Position numbers and translations under genes: made by a program. A stretch of 17,490 bases of DNA, taken from a bacterium (GTDB taxonomy: Bacteria; SZUA-182; DTGQ01; JAFGSM01). Location of the stretch: assembly GCA_049472355.1 (NCBI GenBank), contig JBLIRP010000077.1, forward strand, positions 1-17,490, given 5' to 3'. The notes under the pieces were generated by a model, which did no database searches, was not told where the DNA came from, and saw only the letters and a program-made list of their open reading frames with translations. Position 1 is the stretch's first letter. Every line of letters begins with the position of its first letter. Positions 16,328 through 17,490 of this stretch are shown here, one piece after another.

Positions 16328-17490
16328 GAATCCCTTCAGCACCCTTTTCCCATCATGTTGTGCCGGTACCGTTCATCCGGCTGCATCGCTTATGCATCCT
16401 TACCACTCTGTGTCTTGTGCCCTTCGCACTCATTGCCTCCTCCCATACCTGCGCCCATGCCCAGCTCATGCGAAACTCTGCGAAGGAATGTGCCATCTGC
16501 CACTTCAGGTGGCTCGATCAGTTTTATGTGGAGGGCCGCGGCACGGACCTTATCGAGTACCAGAAGGAGCGTGTGGCCGGGAGCGAAATGATTTGCTATT
16601 CCTGTCACAACGGCATTATGGTGGATTCACGGGAGCGTTTCTGGGCGAAACGGGGGCATGCCTGTAACATGATCCCCTCCAAAAAGGTTCGTATCCCGCC
16701 CGAGATGCCGCTTGGTGAAAAGGGGGAGGTCGTATGTGCCACCTGTCACACCGTTCACGGGGTATCCGATGAGTTGCGCTATCAGGAGCCGATATATCTG
16801 CGGTGCAGGAACAGAAACTCGGAGATGTGTATCCTGTGTCATGTGACAAAGGCCGGGGGCAGGGCACAGGGAAATCATCCGATAAACGTCGCAGGCTTTA
16901 CCGTGCCGCAGAAGATCCTGGACCGCTACGGAAGGCTGGGATCAAAGGGAGAGATCATCTGTGAAACCTGCCACACGGTGCACGGTACCATAGACAAGAA
17001 TCTGCTGGTCATACCCGATCGAATCGATACGGACACCTTCACCTCCGAACTCTGCGAGGCCTGCCATGGGAGCAATCCCAGCCGGCCTGAAAGGGGTGCG
17101 GGAATGGGTTCCCATCCCGTGGATCTCCCCCCTCGGGATGCCCGTCCACCCGATGCCTGGGCGGGGGGAAGAAGGGTGGCCCTGGGCAAGGGGGGAGAGA
17201 TCATCTGTGAGACCTGTCACTGGCCTCATGATGCCGCACCCGGGACATCCATCCTTGCCAAACGAGGGGGGGATACGATCTGCCTTGATTGCCATACAAA
17301 GAAGGCGATAATGGCCGGCACCGACCATGACCTGAGCATAACCGCCCCCCAGGCCGTCAACATCCTTGGGAAGAACATATCGGATGCAGGCATATGCAGC
17401 CCCTGTCATATCCCGCACAATGCCGGAGAGGCAAAGCTCTGGGCACGGGGCACGGAGCGACGCCATGCAGGGGATGTCATTTCACCCCTG
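16324..17490 (+). CDS. Large multiheme cytochrome c (paired-CXXCH / OmcE-like modules), >=9 hemes, 3'-truncated by the window
   Basis: Translated by hand, since it is not in the ORF track. ATG 16324 overlaps the NHL stop (ATGA) and the frame is open to the window end (389 codons). A signal-like N-terminus precedes CAICH, CYSCH, CATCH(TVH), CILCH, CETCH(TVH), CEACH, CETCH(WPH), CLDCH and CSPCH(IPH). Confidence 0.93.
   Translation, partial: MRIPSAPFSHHVVPVPFIRLHRLCILTTLCLVPFALIASSHTCAHAQLMRNSAKECAICHFRWLDQFYVEGRGTDLIEYQKERVAGSEMICYSCHNGIMVDSRERFWAKRGHACNMIPSKKVRIPPEMPLGEKGEVVCATCHTVHGVSDELRYQEPIYLRCRNRNSEMCILCHVTKAGGRAQGNHPINVAGFTVPQKILDRYGRLGSKGEIICETCHTVHGTIDKNLLVIPDRIDTDTFTSELCEACHGSNPSRPERGAGMGSHPVDLPPRDARPPDAWAGGRRVALGKGGEIICETCHWPHDAAPGTSILAKRGGDTICLDCHTKKAIMAGTDHDLSITAPQAVNILGKNISDAGICSPCHIPHNAGEAKLWARGTERRHAGDVISPL

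Noticed and set aside
16355..17466. Short ORFs listed in the track over the last 1.1 kb
   Set aside because: All are alternative frames of the continuous multiheme cytochrome frame starting at 16324.

Overview
This is bacterial chromosomal DNA of moderately high GC; the gene content suggests an anaerobic Desulfobacterota-like (deltaproteobacterial) diderm, which is an inference. There are four blocks. (1) A giant modular extracellular protein (6-4724), probably truncated at its 5' end, with NIDO-like and Ig-like domains, three right-handed beta-helix/choice-of-anchor-Q modules and a recent 240-nt internal duplication. (2) A convergent higBA toxin-antitoxin pair with a near-consensus sigma70 promoter. 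(3) A Hanks-type phosphosignalling cluster: PP2C phosphatase, double-FHA protein, membrane Ser/Thr kinase with an exterior TPR domain, LysM lipoprotein and a very long exported pentapeptide-repeat protein. (4) A respiratory operon preceded by a sigma54-type site: membrane-anchored octaheme cytochrome c, cytochrome b, membrane-anchored triheme cytochrome c, exported NHL beta-propeller and a large multiheme cytochrome (>=9 CxxCH). The last gene is absent from the supplied ORF track because it runs off the window end, and it is built from OmcE-like heme-pair modules. The best candidates for undescribed systems are the quinol-to-multiheme-wire operon and the kinase-TPR/LysM envelope-sensing module.
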